A DNA stretch of 64,000 nt from Verrucomicrobiia bacterium. Lineage in GTDB: Bacteria; Verrucomicrobiota; Verrucomicrobiia; Limisphaerales; UBA1319. The notes beneath the pieces are model-generated. The model was not told the DNA's origin and did no database searches. It saw only the letters and a program-made list of their open reading frames with translations. Where the stretch lies: the NCBI GenBank assembly GCA_963664225.1, contig OY760937.1, positions 5,719,427 to 5,783,426 of the forward strand, read 5' to 3'. The position numbers and the translations under genes are program-made. This document shows, one piece after another, positions 37,246-47,358 of the stretch (the stretch's first letter is position 1; every line of letters begins with the position of its first letter).

Positions 37246-38627
37246 AAACTCCCATGATGACTACCTTAAGAATGACGGAGGAACAACGGTGTCAACTCCA
37301 GCGGCACCTTTTTCCCGGCGACGGTCAGGAAATGGTAGCACTCGCCCTGTGCGGTTCCAGTCTCGCGACTGACCGACAAGCGTACTGCGTCCATGAAATT
37401 ATCGAAATTCCGAGGGATGCCTGCACTTTACGGACTGCCGTAACTGTTCAGTGGGATGTGCATGTCTTAATTCCGGTGCTGGAAAAGGCCCTGAAGCGGG
37501 GGTTGTGGGTGCTGAAAATTCATTCCCACCCGGGAAATTACGAGCGATTTTCTCCACAAGACGACCAAACGGATACAGATCTGGCGAAGGGAATCGGGTC
37601 TATTTTGGATCGTGAATCCTGCCTTATCAGCGCGTTTATGATGCCGGCAGGCAAGATTTATGGCCGCATAGTCAACACAACTGCGGGCTTCACCGCAATT
37701 GATCAAATAATGGTGGTGGGTGACACGGTGTCTTTCATGCACGTGAATTTGCTTAATTTGGGGAATGACAAGGATCTGCGCACCAGGCAGGCGTTCGGCG
37801 ATGGAACAACCAATCTGCTGCGGTCGCTTTCGGTAGGCGTGGTTGGGTGTTCAGGGACGGGAAGCTGGGTCGTCGAACTTCTAGGAAGGTTGGGCGTTGG
37901 TCGGCTTATATTAGTGGATCCGGATACAATTGAGAAAAAGAACCTCAACCGGATTGTAAATTCGACCGCAAAAGACCTCGATCGGCCCAAAGTGCACGTT
38001 TTGGCCGATTCAGTTCGGGCAGTGGGATTTGGAACCATCGTCGAAACTCACGCTAAAGAAATAGCTTGCGCCGGGGTCGTTAAGGCTCTGGCTTCTTGCG
38101 ATTTCCTTTTTGGGTGCATGGATTCAGCTGATGGCCGGGAAACCTTAAACCGCATTGCGACCTATTACTTGCTCCCTTATGTGGATATTGGTGTGCGTTT
38201 GGATGCGGATGGACATGGCGGCGTTGAGCAAATATGCTGTGCCCTTCACTATCTTCTCCCAGGCGGCTCGAGTTTGTTATCTCGTGGTGTGATCACAGCG
38301 AAACAGGTTGAGGCGCAGTCGTTACAGCGCACCAACCCGGAACAATATGACTCCCGGCATAACGAGGGATACGTAAAAGGTGTGGCGGTGGACCGTCCAG
38401 CAGTAGTCAGTATCAATGGGTTTATCGCAACCCACGCTGTCAACGAGATGTTAGCGCGCCTGCACCCCTTCCGGCGGGATTCCAACGAGGAATTTCGTTA
38501 TCAACTGTTCTCGCTCTGTGATGGCGCCTGGCTACGGCAGTCAGACGGTCCGCCCTGCCAATTTCTGTCCCGCTATGTTGGACGTGGCGATGCTCAACCG
38601 CTGCTTGGAAATCCCGCATTATCATGA
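37242..38627 (+). CDS. JAB/JAMM peptidase - ThiF/E1 adenylyltransferase fusion
   Basis: ATGA overlap with the E2 gene; 461 aa. JAB motif E...IHSHPGNYERFSPQD (HxH-x7-S-x2-D). E1 motifs VGVVGCSGTGS, VDPDTIEKKNLNR, PKV, FGCMDS..GR. Confidence 0.88.
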   Translation: MKTPMMTTLRMTEEQRCQLQRHLFPGDGQEMVALALCGSSLATDRQAYCVHEIIEIPRDACTLRTAVTVQWDVHVLIPVLEKALKRGLWVLKIHSHPGNYERFSPQDDQTDTDLAKGIGSILDRESCLISAFMMPAGKIYGRIVNTTAGFTAIDQIMVVGDTVSFMHVNLLNLGNDKDLRTRQAFGDGTTNLLRSLSVGVVGCSGTGSWVVELLGRLGVGRLILVDPDTIEKKNLNRIVNSTAKDLDRPKVHVLADSVRAVGFGTIVETHAKEIACAGVVKALASCDFLFGCMDSADGRETLNRIATYYLLPYVDIGVRLDADGHGGVEQICCALHYLLPGGSSLLSRGVITAKQVEAQSLQRTNPEQYDSRHNEGYVKGVAVDRPAVVSINGFIATHAVNEMLARLHPFRRDSNEEFRYQLFSLCDGAWLRQSDGPPCQFLSRYVGRGDAQPLLGNPALS

Positions 38628-38998
38628 AACGGACTTTCAGAGGTTGGCTTGCTGATTGGCTGCGCTCAAATCGAAATGAACCAGTGCGCTTTCGGACAGA
38701 ACGAACGGATCGGATGCTGAGGTCGTTTCAGCCTAATATCATTTACCAGATTGGCGACGAAGATTGTAGTTGGGCTGCCGCCTTGCGTTGTCCCTGCGGT
38801 TGTGGAGACGTTATCCAACTGAGTCTTGTCAGGGATGCCAGCCCGTCGTGGCGAATACAGCAGCGCCGGAATGGGGAGGTAACCTTGTTGCCGTCGGTAT
38901 GGAGAACCGTTGGTTGTCGAAGCCACTTTATTATTTATCGCAGTCGCGTTGTTTGGTGCTCGGATGAATCGCCCGCGATCGACCAGTGGCGGTGGTGA
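38624..38998 (+). CDS. DUF6527-family Cys/His-rich protein
   Basis: ATGA overlap. CPCGCGDVIQLSL...W...TLLPSVWRTVGCRSHFII...VVWC. Confidence 0.8.
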   Translation: MKRTFRGWLADWLRSNRNEPVRFRTERTDRMLRSFQPNIIYQIGDEDCSWAAALRCPCGCGDVIQLSLVRDASPSWRIQQRRNGEVTLLPSVWRTVGCRSHFIIYRSRVVWCSDESPAIDQWRW

Positions 38999-39659
38999 GA
39001 AAAGGCCCTTAATTGACCAAATAGCCCCTTTTAAGCCTTTTCCACTATGAAAACATTTCGAGAAATTCAAATAGCCGCTAACATCGCTAATGGTGACAAG
39101 TTCGGGGTGGCCATTGAGGCGGTCTTGTCGAACGGCTGGACCCGATTCGAGCAAGCGTCCCATTGATTCGACATGTGGCAGGTACGTTTATTTTGTCTGC
39201 GAGACGAGTGATTACCGGCCAAAGGATTTGCTGGCACTTGTCCCCGGAGTTAAAGAATGGCAATTAACGGTTTTTCACAAAAGCATAAGTCTCTAATTAT
39301 GAACGGAATACAGATGACGGAAAGGTCATCAAACGTAACTGGGCAAAATGATTGGCGGTGACGAGCGTGAACTTCCCGCCAAACATTCGTTGCAATGCAA
39401 TTTCCCGCCACGTTTTCAGGTTGATTTTGCTGCATCTTGCCCCTGCAAAGAAAGCGTGGCGGTGCTTAGATTTCGAATTCAGTTGATCGCTCTTGGCCAA
39501 CAGGTCGGCTTTGGCACGCGGCAGCATCGAACGTTTGTCGGCTTCATTCCGGGATTTGATCGCCCATTTCGGCACGCCGTATTTGAGCCAGTTGTTCTTC
39601 TGAAAGGAATTCAGCATCTGAATACCCGTCGACATACACCTGAAGAGGCTCACGGAGTT

Positions 39660-39893
39660 CAATACCACCACCACATGACTCCACAGACTGAAGGTTCTGG
39701 CCATCTTATCAACGTAGGCTTCCCGCGCTATTCTCGTGGAAACCAAAAACTCAGGAACGAAGTTGCAAATCTGCCCTAACAGATTCAATTTCGAACCGGC
39801 TGGAATGCTTTTGTTTTTTTTCACCCCTGCCGTGTGGCAGGTTAACTCAGAACGTTCCAGCCTTTTTCATTTATTCCCTATGGGATGGCTGTG
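39660..39893 (-). pseudogene. IS4-family transposase 5' remnant with terminal repeat
   Basis: MKKNKSIPAGSKLNLLGQICNFVPEFLV...ARTFSLWSHVVV resembles the DUF4372-type N-terminus. Terminal sequence CACAGCCATCCCATAGGGA at 39893-39875. Confidence 0.7.
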
Positions 39894-40496
39894 GAAGAAC
39901 AATGCAAATTGCTGTCGATAGGGATAATTTGCCTGATTGATATTATCGTGGCGGAAACCTCGCGCATGTATGGCTTCATAGCGGGTTGCAATGGCATCCC
40001 GGATGATATCGTTAGGAGTTTACGAGAAGAAGATTGGAGTGATGTTAGAGTTGAAACCGGCAGAAGGCTTTTTGACCAGGTCTCGAGAGATTGGGAGATG
40101 GAAAAACAAAGTTGAGTTATTCCAGATCACGCTCTTTTGGAATTATTTGCAAAACCTGACGATTCAAGCGACAACATAGGAACCAACAAAATGCAAAACC
40201 TTGTTTAGCTCTGCCTGCTCAATCCTGGAGCAAACTTCGTGCAATAGATTCGTTTTTGCATTCAAGATTGAGGTTTTCATGTATTGGATTCTTTCATAGA
40301 CTGGACGACGAGAACCTCGCGCAGCCAAACGGCGTCCAAAACCCTATCCCCGATTTAAAACCCCGCCACCTATTTCGTGAAGATGGCCAGTTTAGCCACA
40401 GCAATTAGCGGGTATGAAATTTCGATCTATTCAGAGCTTAACATTTCCGAATTAACTACTTGCTGACTTGCTACTGCGGCCTTTAGCGTCAGGGCC

Positions 40497-40748
40497 ATGA
40501 TTCAATTTACCGGAAAACACGCCTTGCACCCGACTTTATTCATTGAGTGTTATGAGGCTTTGATTGATGGACAAAGAGTCTCGTGTCAGTTCACCGACGA
40601 AGTCCTTCAGGATTTGCGAGCGATTTCCCGAGAAGACATTGCAGAATATTGCAAAGACAGAATAGAGGCCGTTGAACATGGATTTGTATTAAGAATCACA
40701 ACCGAAGACCTAAACCGATACAAGAGGCAGGGCAACGCCGGGCAATAA
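40497..40748 (+). CDS. Hypothetical protein, possibly DUF1488-like
   Basis: 83 aa. ALIDGQRVSCQFTDEVLQD...ITTEDL loosely resembles DUF1488. Confidence 0.4.
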   Translation: MIQFTGKHALHPTLFIECYEALIDGQRVSCQFTDEVLQDLRAISREDIAEYCKDRIEAVEHGFVLRITTEDLNRYKRQGNAGQ

Positions 40749-40820
40749 CTCAGATCTCCCCAAAAGCCTCGATAGCTAAACCAGACGCAAAACTGTGGTT
40801 GTGGTGTGTAATAGCATTAG

Positions 40821-41112
40821 GCAGACGAATTTGCCGCCTGCGTCGGATTTCAATTGGGCTATTGGGTTCTCCGCACACGTTACGACGACAAGACGGTTCG
40901 CAACGAATCGAAAAAAGGAAATGACGTCCTCGACCTTCGGTTTCAGAGAGCCGACAAATGGTCGCCTTCGGACACGCTACTCGTTTTTGAATCGAAAACC
41001 CAACTCTCCGGCAAGAAGGCAGGTTCATTCATGCAGGAGGCCATTGATCGTTCGGCCAAGGGTGAACTTAGGAAGGCCGAATCGTTAAACGCCGTGAAAC
41101 AGCGTATCATCA
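40821..41112 (+). pseudogene. Fragment of PD-(D/E)xK nuclease resembling Hachiman HamA/DUF1837
   Basis: GYWVLRTRYDDKTVRNESKKGNDVL...LLVFESKTQLSG...MQEAIDRSAKGELRKAESLNAVKQR. No start codon; truncated at both ends. Confidence 0.45.
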
Positions 41113-41154
41113 CTGGCGATCCTGCAACACTTCTTTGGCCACCAGCCGCCGTTT

Positions 41155-41907
41155 ACAGTCAGGCTGGATGACAAGCCCAATACACAATGAACCGTCACAA
41201 GCATCGTTAAACCAATAAGCCAAAGATGCTGATCAGGCTTAAACCAAAAGGTATGCAATCGGTTGCCTCGCTTTTGAATCGGGGCACACGGACAATGTCG
41301 ATTGCCGGAGTAGAGGCGGTGGCTAAATCATTCGTGTTATGTGAACGAAACACGGTAAACCCGGTGTTCCGTCTTCTCGGAGGCAAGGTGCGCCGCAAGG
41401 TCCGCCCATGGAGTGCCGGGCAGAGGATAGCTGGAACAAACCAAAGCCATTCGATAACAGAATGGATAGGGGCGGCAACATGGCCCCGCCGCGAAAGCGG
41501 GCAGACTTCCAGCAGGTCGAGCGTCACGAGAGCGTTGGCAGAACCTTTTTGTGGAGGAAATCGCAAATGAACGTGGATTTATCCATGTGTGCATCCTCCG
41601 ACCTGATACAGCACTGGGACCAGATCGACTGGAACCGGTGTCGACGCCAGGTAAAAAGGCTGCAAGCCCGTATCGTGAACGCCACACGGGATAGACGCTG
41701 GGGCAAGGTGAAAATCTTGCAACGGCTGCTGACCCACTCGTTTAGCGGCAAAGCCTTGGCTGTAAGCGAGTGACGGAAAATAACCGTCATGATTGGACCG
41801 GCCCTGCCCGTAGCAGGGCTTTGCAACGGCGTGAGCCGTATGAGGCGAAAGTCTCCCGTACGGTTCTTAGGGGAGAGGGTGGCCGAAAGGCCATCCTCTT
41901 ACCCGAC
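41155..41907 (+). mobile_element. Degenerate group II intron (IIB/chloroplast-like): 5'-truncated, RT ORF internally deleted, intact domains V and VI
   Basis: DV GAGCCGTATGAGGCGAAAGTCTCCCGTACGGTTC (41833-41866), DVI ending ACCCGAC (41907), and the RT N-terminus upstream. No GTGYG 5' end found; the left coordinate is approximate. Confidence 0.88.
41567..41785 (+). pseudogene. Group II intron reverse transcriptase N-terminal fragment
   Basis: GGAGG RBS. MNVDL...HWDQIDWNRCRRQVKRLQARIVNATRDRRWGKVKILQRLLTHSFSGKALAV, then a frameshift into (R)VTENN; the rest of the RT is deleted. Confidence 0.88.
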
Positions 41908-42342
41908 CAGATCAAACAGACCCTGCAACTGGCCGACTTTCTGGGCACCAGCGCCAACGCGGTGCGCTGGCAGGTTTGGACGGCGCTTCTGGTGTATTTA
42001 CTCCTGAGGTATGTGGCGTTTCTATCGGACTGGAGCCATGGTTTCAGCCGGTTGTTCACCATCCTTCGTTCGTCACTATGGCGCAAATGGGACTAGGTGG
42101 GTTTGCTGCGCCACTATGGGACAGCCGGGGGTCACTTTCGCTATCTGGCCACACCGGAACAGGCCTATCTGCCTGGATTTAGCTAAAACCATGGGACAGC
42201 ATACGGGCATTTTGGCAAAAAGGCCGAATTGATTATGTAAGAGACCATGAAAACTCCCAACGCCACCTTTTAAATCATGCCTCACTTTTCGAGGAAACTG
42301 AATGCTTTTGCCCCGCTTTTATCTCCCTATGGGATGGCTGTG
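41908..42342 (+). pseudogene. IS4-family transposase 3' remnant with terminal repeat (3' exon of the intron)
   Basis: QIKQTLQLADFLGTSANAVRWQVWTALLVYLLLRY...KWD*VGLLRHYGTAGG...QAYLPGFS* (internal stop). Terminal TCCCTATGGGATGGCTGTG at 42324-42342. Confidence 0.8.
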
Positions 42343-42529
42343 AAACCAGTTGTTGCGCGTTGAGTCATACTTCGTTATTTCTTATAGAACTTACAACAAT
42401 GTAAAGCCGAGTCGGGCCAAGTCGGAAATTCGGGAGTTTCCCGGCAAGGTAAAGTCGGATGCACTGCTTGCGCAGTTGCTCTGGCTTTGAGTGAGGTAGC
42501 ATTGACAGTCATGTGATACTGGGGACACT

Positions 42530-43210
42530 GTGAAAATACTCGTTCGAAACACTGGTGGGAATCATGGGAATGTGGTTAAAGGCTTTGCGGCTGCAGTGAA
42601 GACTTGCGAGAAGGTGGGGACCAAAGCTTTTACATTAATCATACCGAAGAAGGCAAACCTGGCGACGACCGTCGTGGGGGAGTTCCTCGGCCAGGGTGTT
42701 GCGAAGCGATTGGTCTCAGGTGAAGCAGTGACGTTATGCGGCGGCGTCAGTTTCAGGGCTGAGAGCATCAGCACGATGCAAAAGGCAGGACATGAAAGGG
42801 TAATCCTGGTGTTCTACGCCGACCGGGAACGAATGAAGGCGATTGACGGGCTCAGCGGCGTTGACGGCATAGTGTATGTGCCATGGCTGGAAGACGAGGG
42901 TAACGACTGGCAGCGAACCTGGAACGCTACGGTTGTCGGCGAGCAGGTGCAGCCGCAAGAGCCGAATCTAGACGCAAGCGTAGTAGCCGCTTTGGAGGAA
43001 CTCACAAGGTCGGTGAATCTGACCACTGGCTTGGGTCATACTTCAGACAATGAGCACGCGACACGGGTATTTAAAGGACTGAGGGACAAAGGTATGTTGT
43101 TTGAACCTGCTGAGGTTGAAACATGGGCTTCGCGGCGCGGTTGGCGACCAGATCATGCGGCAAAGCTGAGAAAATTGGCGGAGAGGTACGCTGGCCGCGT
43201 AGCAGATTGA
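42530..43210 (+). CDS. Hypothetical protein with C-terminal DUF1889/YoaC-like domain
   Basis: 226-aa intact ORF. C-terminal VAALEELTRSVNLTTGLGHTSD...WASRRGWRPDHAAKLRKLA resembles DUF1889. Confidence 0.55.
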   Translation: MKILVRNTGGNHGNVVKGFAAAVKTCEKVGTKAFTLIIPKKANLATTVVGEFLGQGVAKRLVSGEAVTLCGGVSFRAESISTMQKAGHERVILVFYADRERMKAIDGLSGVDGIVYVPWLEDEGNDWQRTWNATVVGEQVQPQEPNLDASVVAALEELTRSVNLTTGLGHTSDNEHATRVFKGLRDKGMLFEPAEVETWASRRGWRPDHAAKLRKLAERYAGRVAD

Positions 43211-43326
43211 GGGCGGCGGGAAGCGGAAGGAGCTGGAAAGTAGCGCCGAGGCACGCTCTCCAGGCGATCCATGACGGCGGTGATCAGTATTTTCATCAGG
43301 GCTTGGGTGGATATGACGCTACTTGG

Positions 43327-43901
43327 CTATCTTAACAGAACGTTGAAATTCAAATGCAACCGCAGGGCCTTGTGGGGAAAACCCGCCCTTCCTCCACTAT
43401 AGAGCGCCCAAGCCATCCGTGTCAGGGCCGCAAAGACCGAGCTATTCCGCGCAAACCATTGCTGCCAGTCCAGCGGCTGATTCTCCGGCAGCGGACTGTG
43501 GACTTGGTCCAGCAGATCGGCAAACACCCGTTCCAGATGCGCGGGATCGACCAGGTGTTGGGCCGCGGAAAAGGAACCCAGACTGACGGAGCGCCCGCCA
43601 ACCTCCGATTGCACCTGCTTCCACTGGCTGACCGAGCAGATCGCCCGCATTGTTTTAACCACGGGATTAAACAGCCCAAAAAGCATCAGGGACAAATAGT
43701 CGGCATAAAGCAGCCGACGGCGCGGATCCTCGAAACTGGAATGCGTCCCCTCGGGTCGGGGGATTTTGTCCAGGGCCAGGCGGAACACCTCGATCAAGCG
43801 CCACTGGCGCAGATCGGCTTCGGTGATGGGCAAAGGCTTACCGGCCATGCGCTAATCCCATAGGAGTTCCCCCGGCTTTGCGGGAGGTTGCTGACTCAGT
43901 T
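43327..43901 (-). pseudogene. Second IS4-family transposase 5' remnant
   Basis: RRRLLYADYLSLMLFGLFNP..TMRAI...VSLGSFSAAQ...WFARNSSVFAAL...LRLHLNFNV. The first catalytic D appears as N; truncated. Possible end sequence near 43901. Confidence 0.65.
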
Positions 43902-44248
43902 AAGGTCAGGATGATCTTCTCCTGTAATCATGGTCCAGATGCCCTGTTTTTCTGGCGGATAACCACGAACGTTCCGAGGCAATTTTTCCTCATCCGACAA
44001 TAGCGACTGCCTTTCACGAATACGAGGCCAACGCAATAACCGCGTTACAGTACGTCGCGGGATGTAAATACCCTATTCCAATGAGAACCAGGTCGTTGTA
44101 ATTCATTGAGCACGGTGGGCAAATATGAACACGTGCAATTTCCAAATGTTGGCCTCTTTTGATCGTTCCCGCGGCACATATTAGGATTTGACGTGTTTTA
44201 CTTTAGGGAAAGCAGCTTTTGTTCCATTCCAGGACGCTGAAAAGCCAG

Positions 44249-44264
44249 TGGCACGATCCGTGCT
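44249..44264 (+). promoter_or_regulatory. sigma54 (-24/-12) promoter of nifA
   Basis: TGGCACGATCCGTGCT, exact GG-N10-GC spacing. Confidence 0.8.
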
Positions 44265-44275
44265 GAACCTCCGGG

Positions 44276-45928
44276 GTGCGGAAGATGTTGGATAAATGTC
44301 TGCCGGGATGTCCGGGAATTGATAACAAGGGTGCAAAGCCCTCCTCAACGGAGGGTGCGCCCATGGGGTGTCGTGTTGTGGACGAATTGAGTCTGCTCTT
44401 CGATATTTCCTACACGCTCGAAAGCAGTTCGGATTTGCGAGACGTGATCCGGCCCGTGTTGTTGAAAATGGCCGAGGTGCTGGGCATGAAGCGCGGCACC
44501 ATCACCATACTGAATCGGGATCAAAACGAAGTCAGCATCAGCGAGGCGATTGGACTGCCCGACGGGCATAGCCAGCAGGACTATTTGCAGGCCTGCCGCG
44601 AATTGATCCAGCAGGTGATCACCACGCGCCAGGCGGTGGTGGTTGCAGATATTTCCAGGGAGCCGATGCTCAAGCAACGCTGGGAGCAGGAAAAGAAACT
44701 GGATCCCGCGCTCGCACGGGCAGCCTACATTTGCGTGCCCATCAAATTTGGCGAAGAGGTTGTCGGCGCGTTGAGCGTGGAAAGGCTCCTGGACAAGAAT
44801 GCGGGCCTGTCGTCCGATCGGAGGCTTCTTTCGCTCATTGCCAACGTCATTGCGCAGACCGTTCATTTTCACCGGATCACCCAGGAAAAGGTTGAGGCCC
44901 TCCAGCGCGAAAACAACCGGTTGCAGGAGCAGATCAAAACCAGTTTTCGACCGCCGAACATGATCGGCAATTCGAGCGCCATGCGTTCGGTTTACCGCCA
45001 TATCGAGCAGGTGGCCAACAGCACCACCACGGTGTTGATTCGCGGGGAAAGCGGTGTGGGCAAGGAACTCGTTGCCCGCGCCCTTCACGACCAAAGCCAG
45101 CGCAAAGGCAGGGCATTCGTGAAATTCAACTGTGCCGCGTTGCCGGAGTCGATCATTGAAAGCGAATTGTTCGGCCATGAGAAAGGGGCGTTTACGGGCG
45201 CCGTCGCCATGCGCAAAGGCCGCTTTGAAGTGGCGGATGGCGGCACGATATTTCTAGATGAAATCGGCGATATTTCCGCGACCACGCAGGTGAAGTTGTT
45301 GCGCGTCCTGCAGGAAAAGGAATTTGAGCGCGTGGGCAGCCACACACCCATTCGCTGCAATGTGCGCGTCATCACCGCCACCAGCCGGAACCTTGAGGAA
45401 ATGATCGAGCAGGAAAAATTCCGCGCCGATCTATATTACAGGCTCAATGTATTTCCGATATACGTTCCACCGTTGCGAGATCGAAAATCCGACATGCTCC
45501 TGCTGGCGGACTATTTTGTGGAGAAGTATTCCAAACTCAATCAGAAGTCCGTTCGCCGCATTTCAACAGCGGCGATCGACCTGCTGACGAGCTATCACTG
45601 GCCGGGTAATGTGCGCGAACTGGAGAACTGCATGGAACGCGCGGTCTTGCTCTGCCAGGACAAGTGTATCGAAGCCCATCACCTGCCGCCAACGTTACAG
45701 AAGAAGGATGCGTCCGAGAAAAAGTCCGGCGGCACTCTCGATGCCACCATTTCTGCACTGGAGTATGAACTCATTGTGGCCGAACTGAAAGTCTGCGATG
45801 GCAACATGGCCGCCGCTGCGCGTAACCTGGGCCTGACCGAACGCCAGATGGGCCTGCGCGTAAAACGGTTTGGCATCGACTTCAAACGCTTCCGCCAAAA
45901 CAGTCTGGACGAGGCTACATCCGCGTAG
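44276..45928 (+). CDS. nifA: NifA-type sigma54 activator (GAF-AAA+-HTH)
   Basis: GAF domain, GESGVGKE, ESELFGHEKGAFTGA, FLDEIG, WPGNVRELEN, C-terminal HTH. Directly upstream of nifH. The true start may be 44285 or 44363. Confidence 0.88.
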   Translation: MRKMLDKCLPGCPGIDNKGAKPSSTEGAPMGCRVVDELSLLFDISYTLESSSDLRDVIRPVLLKMAEVLGMKRGTITILNRDQNEVSISEAIGLPDGHSQQDYLQACRELIQQVITTRQAVVVADISREPMLKQRWEQEKKLDPALARAAYICVPIKFGEEVVGALSVERLLDKNAGLSSDRRLLSLIANVIAQTVHFHRITQEKVEALQRENNRLQEQIKTSFRPPNMIGNSSAMRSVYRHIEQVANSTTTVLIRGESGVGKELVARALHDQSQRKGRAFVKFNCAALPESIIESELFGHEKGAFTGAVAMRKGRFEVADGGTIFLDEIGDISATTQVKLLRVLQEKEFERVGSHTPIRCNVRVITATSRNLEEMIEQEKFRADLYYRLNVFPIYVPPLRDRKSDMLLLADYFVEKYSKLNQKSVRRISTAAIDLLTSYHWPGNVRELENCMERAVLLCQDKCIEAHHLPPTLQKKDASEKKSGGTLDATISALEYELIVAELKVCDGNMAAAARNLGLTERQMGLRVKRFGIDFKRFRQNSLDEATSA

Positions 45929-45961
45929 GTTCCCCATATAAAGCCACCTTAAGGTAGCTTT
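45915..45961. promoter_or_regulatory. Palindromes upstream of the nifH promoter (candidate activator sites or terminator)
   Basis: CTAC-N6-GTAG (45915-45928) and CCAC-N6-GTAG within AAAGCCACCTTAAGGTAGCTTT (45940-45961). Confidence 0.4.
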
Positions 45962-46082
45962 TTCGTTCCTTCATTGTTTCAGCGCCCTGCCTTCGTCCAG
46001 CCGCATAATTCCGCACAATACCCCTGTCTTTATTGCCTGATATTCACTTCCGGCTGCCGCGTAACGTGGCTGAACAGGCCGC

Positions 46083-46097
46083 TGGCACACAAGCTGC
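46083..46097 (+). promoter_or_regulatory. sigma54 promoter of the nifH operon
   Basis: TGGCACACAAGCTGC, GG-N10-GC, 71 nt upstream of nifH. Confidence 0.82.
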
Positions 46098-46153
46098 GTA
46101 GTGAGGTGGCGGTGAGCGAACAGGCCACCGGCAAAGTCAGCCAGCAGAAATGA

Positions 46154-46993
<840 letters not shown>

Positions 46994-47028
46994 ACGATTC
47001 ACAACAAAACAATTAACTCAACAAATAA

Positions 47029-47358
47029 ATGGCAACATTGGTTCAAGCAGTCGTTCGCCCGGAAAAAGTTCACGACGTCATGAAGTCCCTTCTCGAAGCC
47101 GGTTTCCCGGCAGTGACGAAAATGGATGTATTCGGACGTGGCAAACAACGCGGTCTCAAGGTGGGCGAAATCACCTATGACGAATTGCCTAAGGAATTGC
47201 TCCTGGTGGTCGTGCCGGACACCGACAAGGAACTCGTGGTGGAGACCATTGTGAAAACGGCGCGCACCGGCGAAAAAGGCACTTTCGGAGATGGAAAGAT
47301 ATTCGTCTCGAAAGTGGAGGAAACCTACACCGTCAGCAGCGGGGCGAAGGACGCATGA
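47029..47358 (+). CDS. nifI1: PII-like nitrogenase regulator NifI1
   Basis: PII fold (VVRPEK, GRGKQRGLKVGEITYDELPK, GTFGDGKIFV), located between nifH and nifD. Confidence 0.92.
   Translation: MATLVQAVVRPEKVHDVMKSLLEAGFPAVTKMDVFGRGKQRGLKVGEITYDELPKELLLVVVPDTDKELVVETIVKTARTGEKGTFGDGKIFVSKVEETYTVSSGAKDA

Noticed and set aside
39297..39824. 175-aa ORF as a single real gene
   Set aside because: Chimeric: only the first ~55 codons resemble an IS4 transposase N-terminus, and the remainder is unrelated read-through.
46004..46016. CATAATTCCGCAC near the nifH promoter, resembling the island-border core CATAATTCCGCGC
   Set aside because: A single short match without the flanking repeat; plausible by chance in 64 kb.
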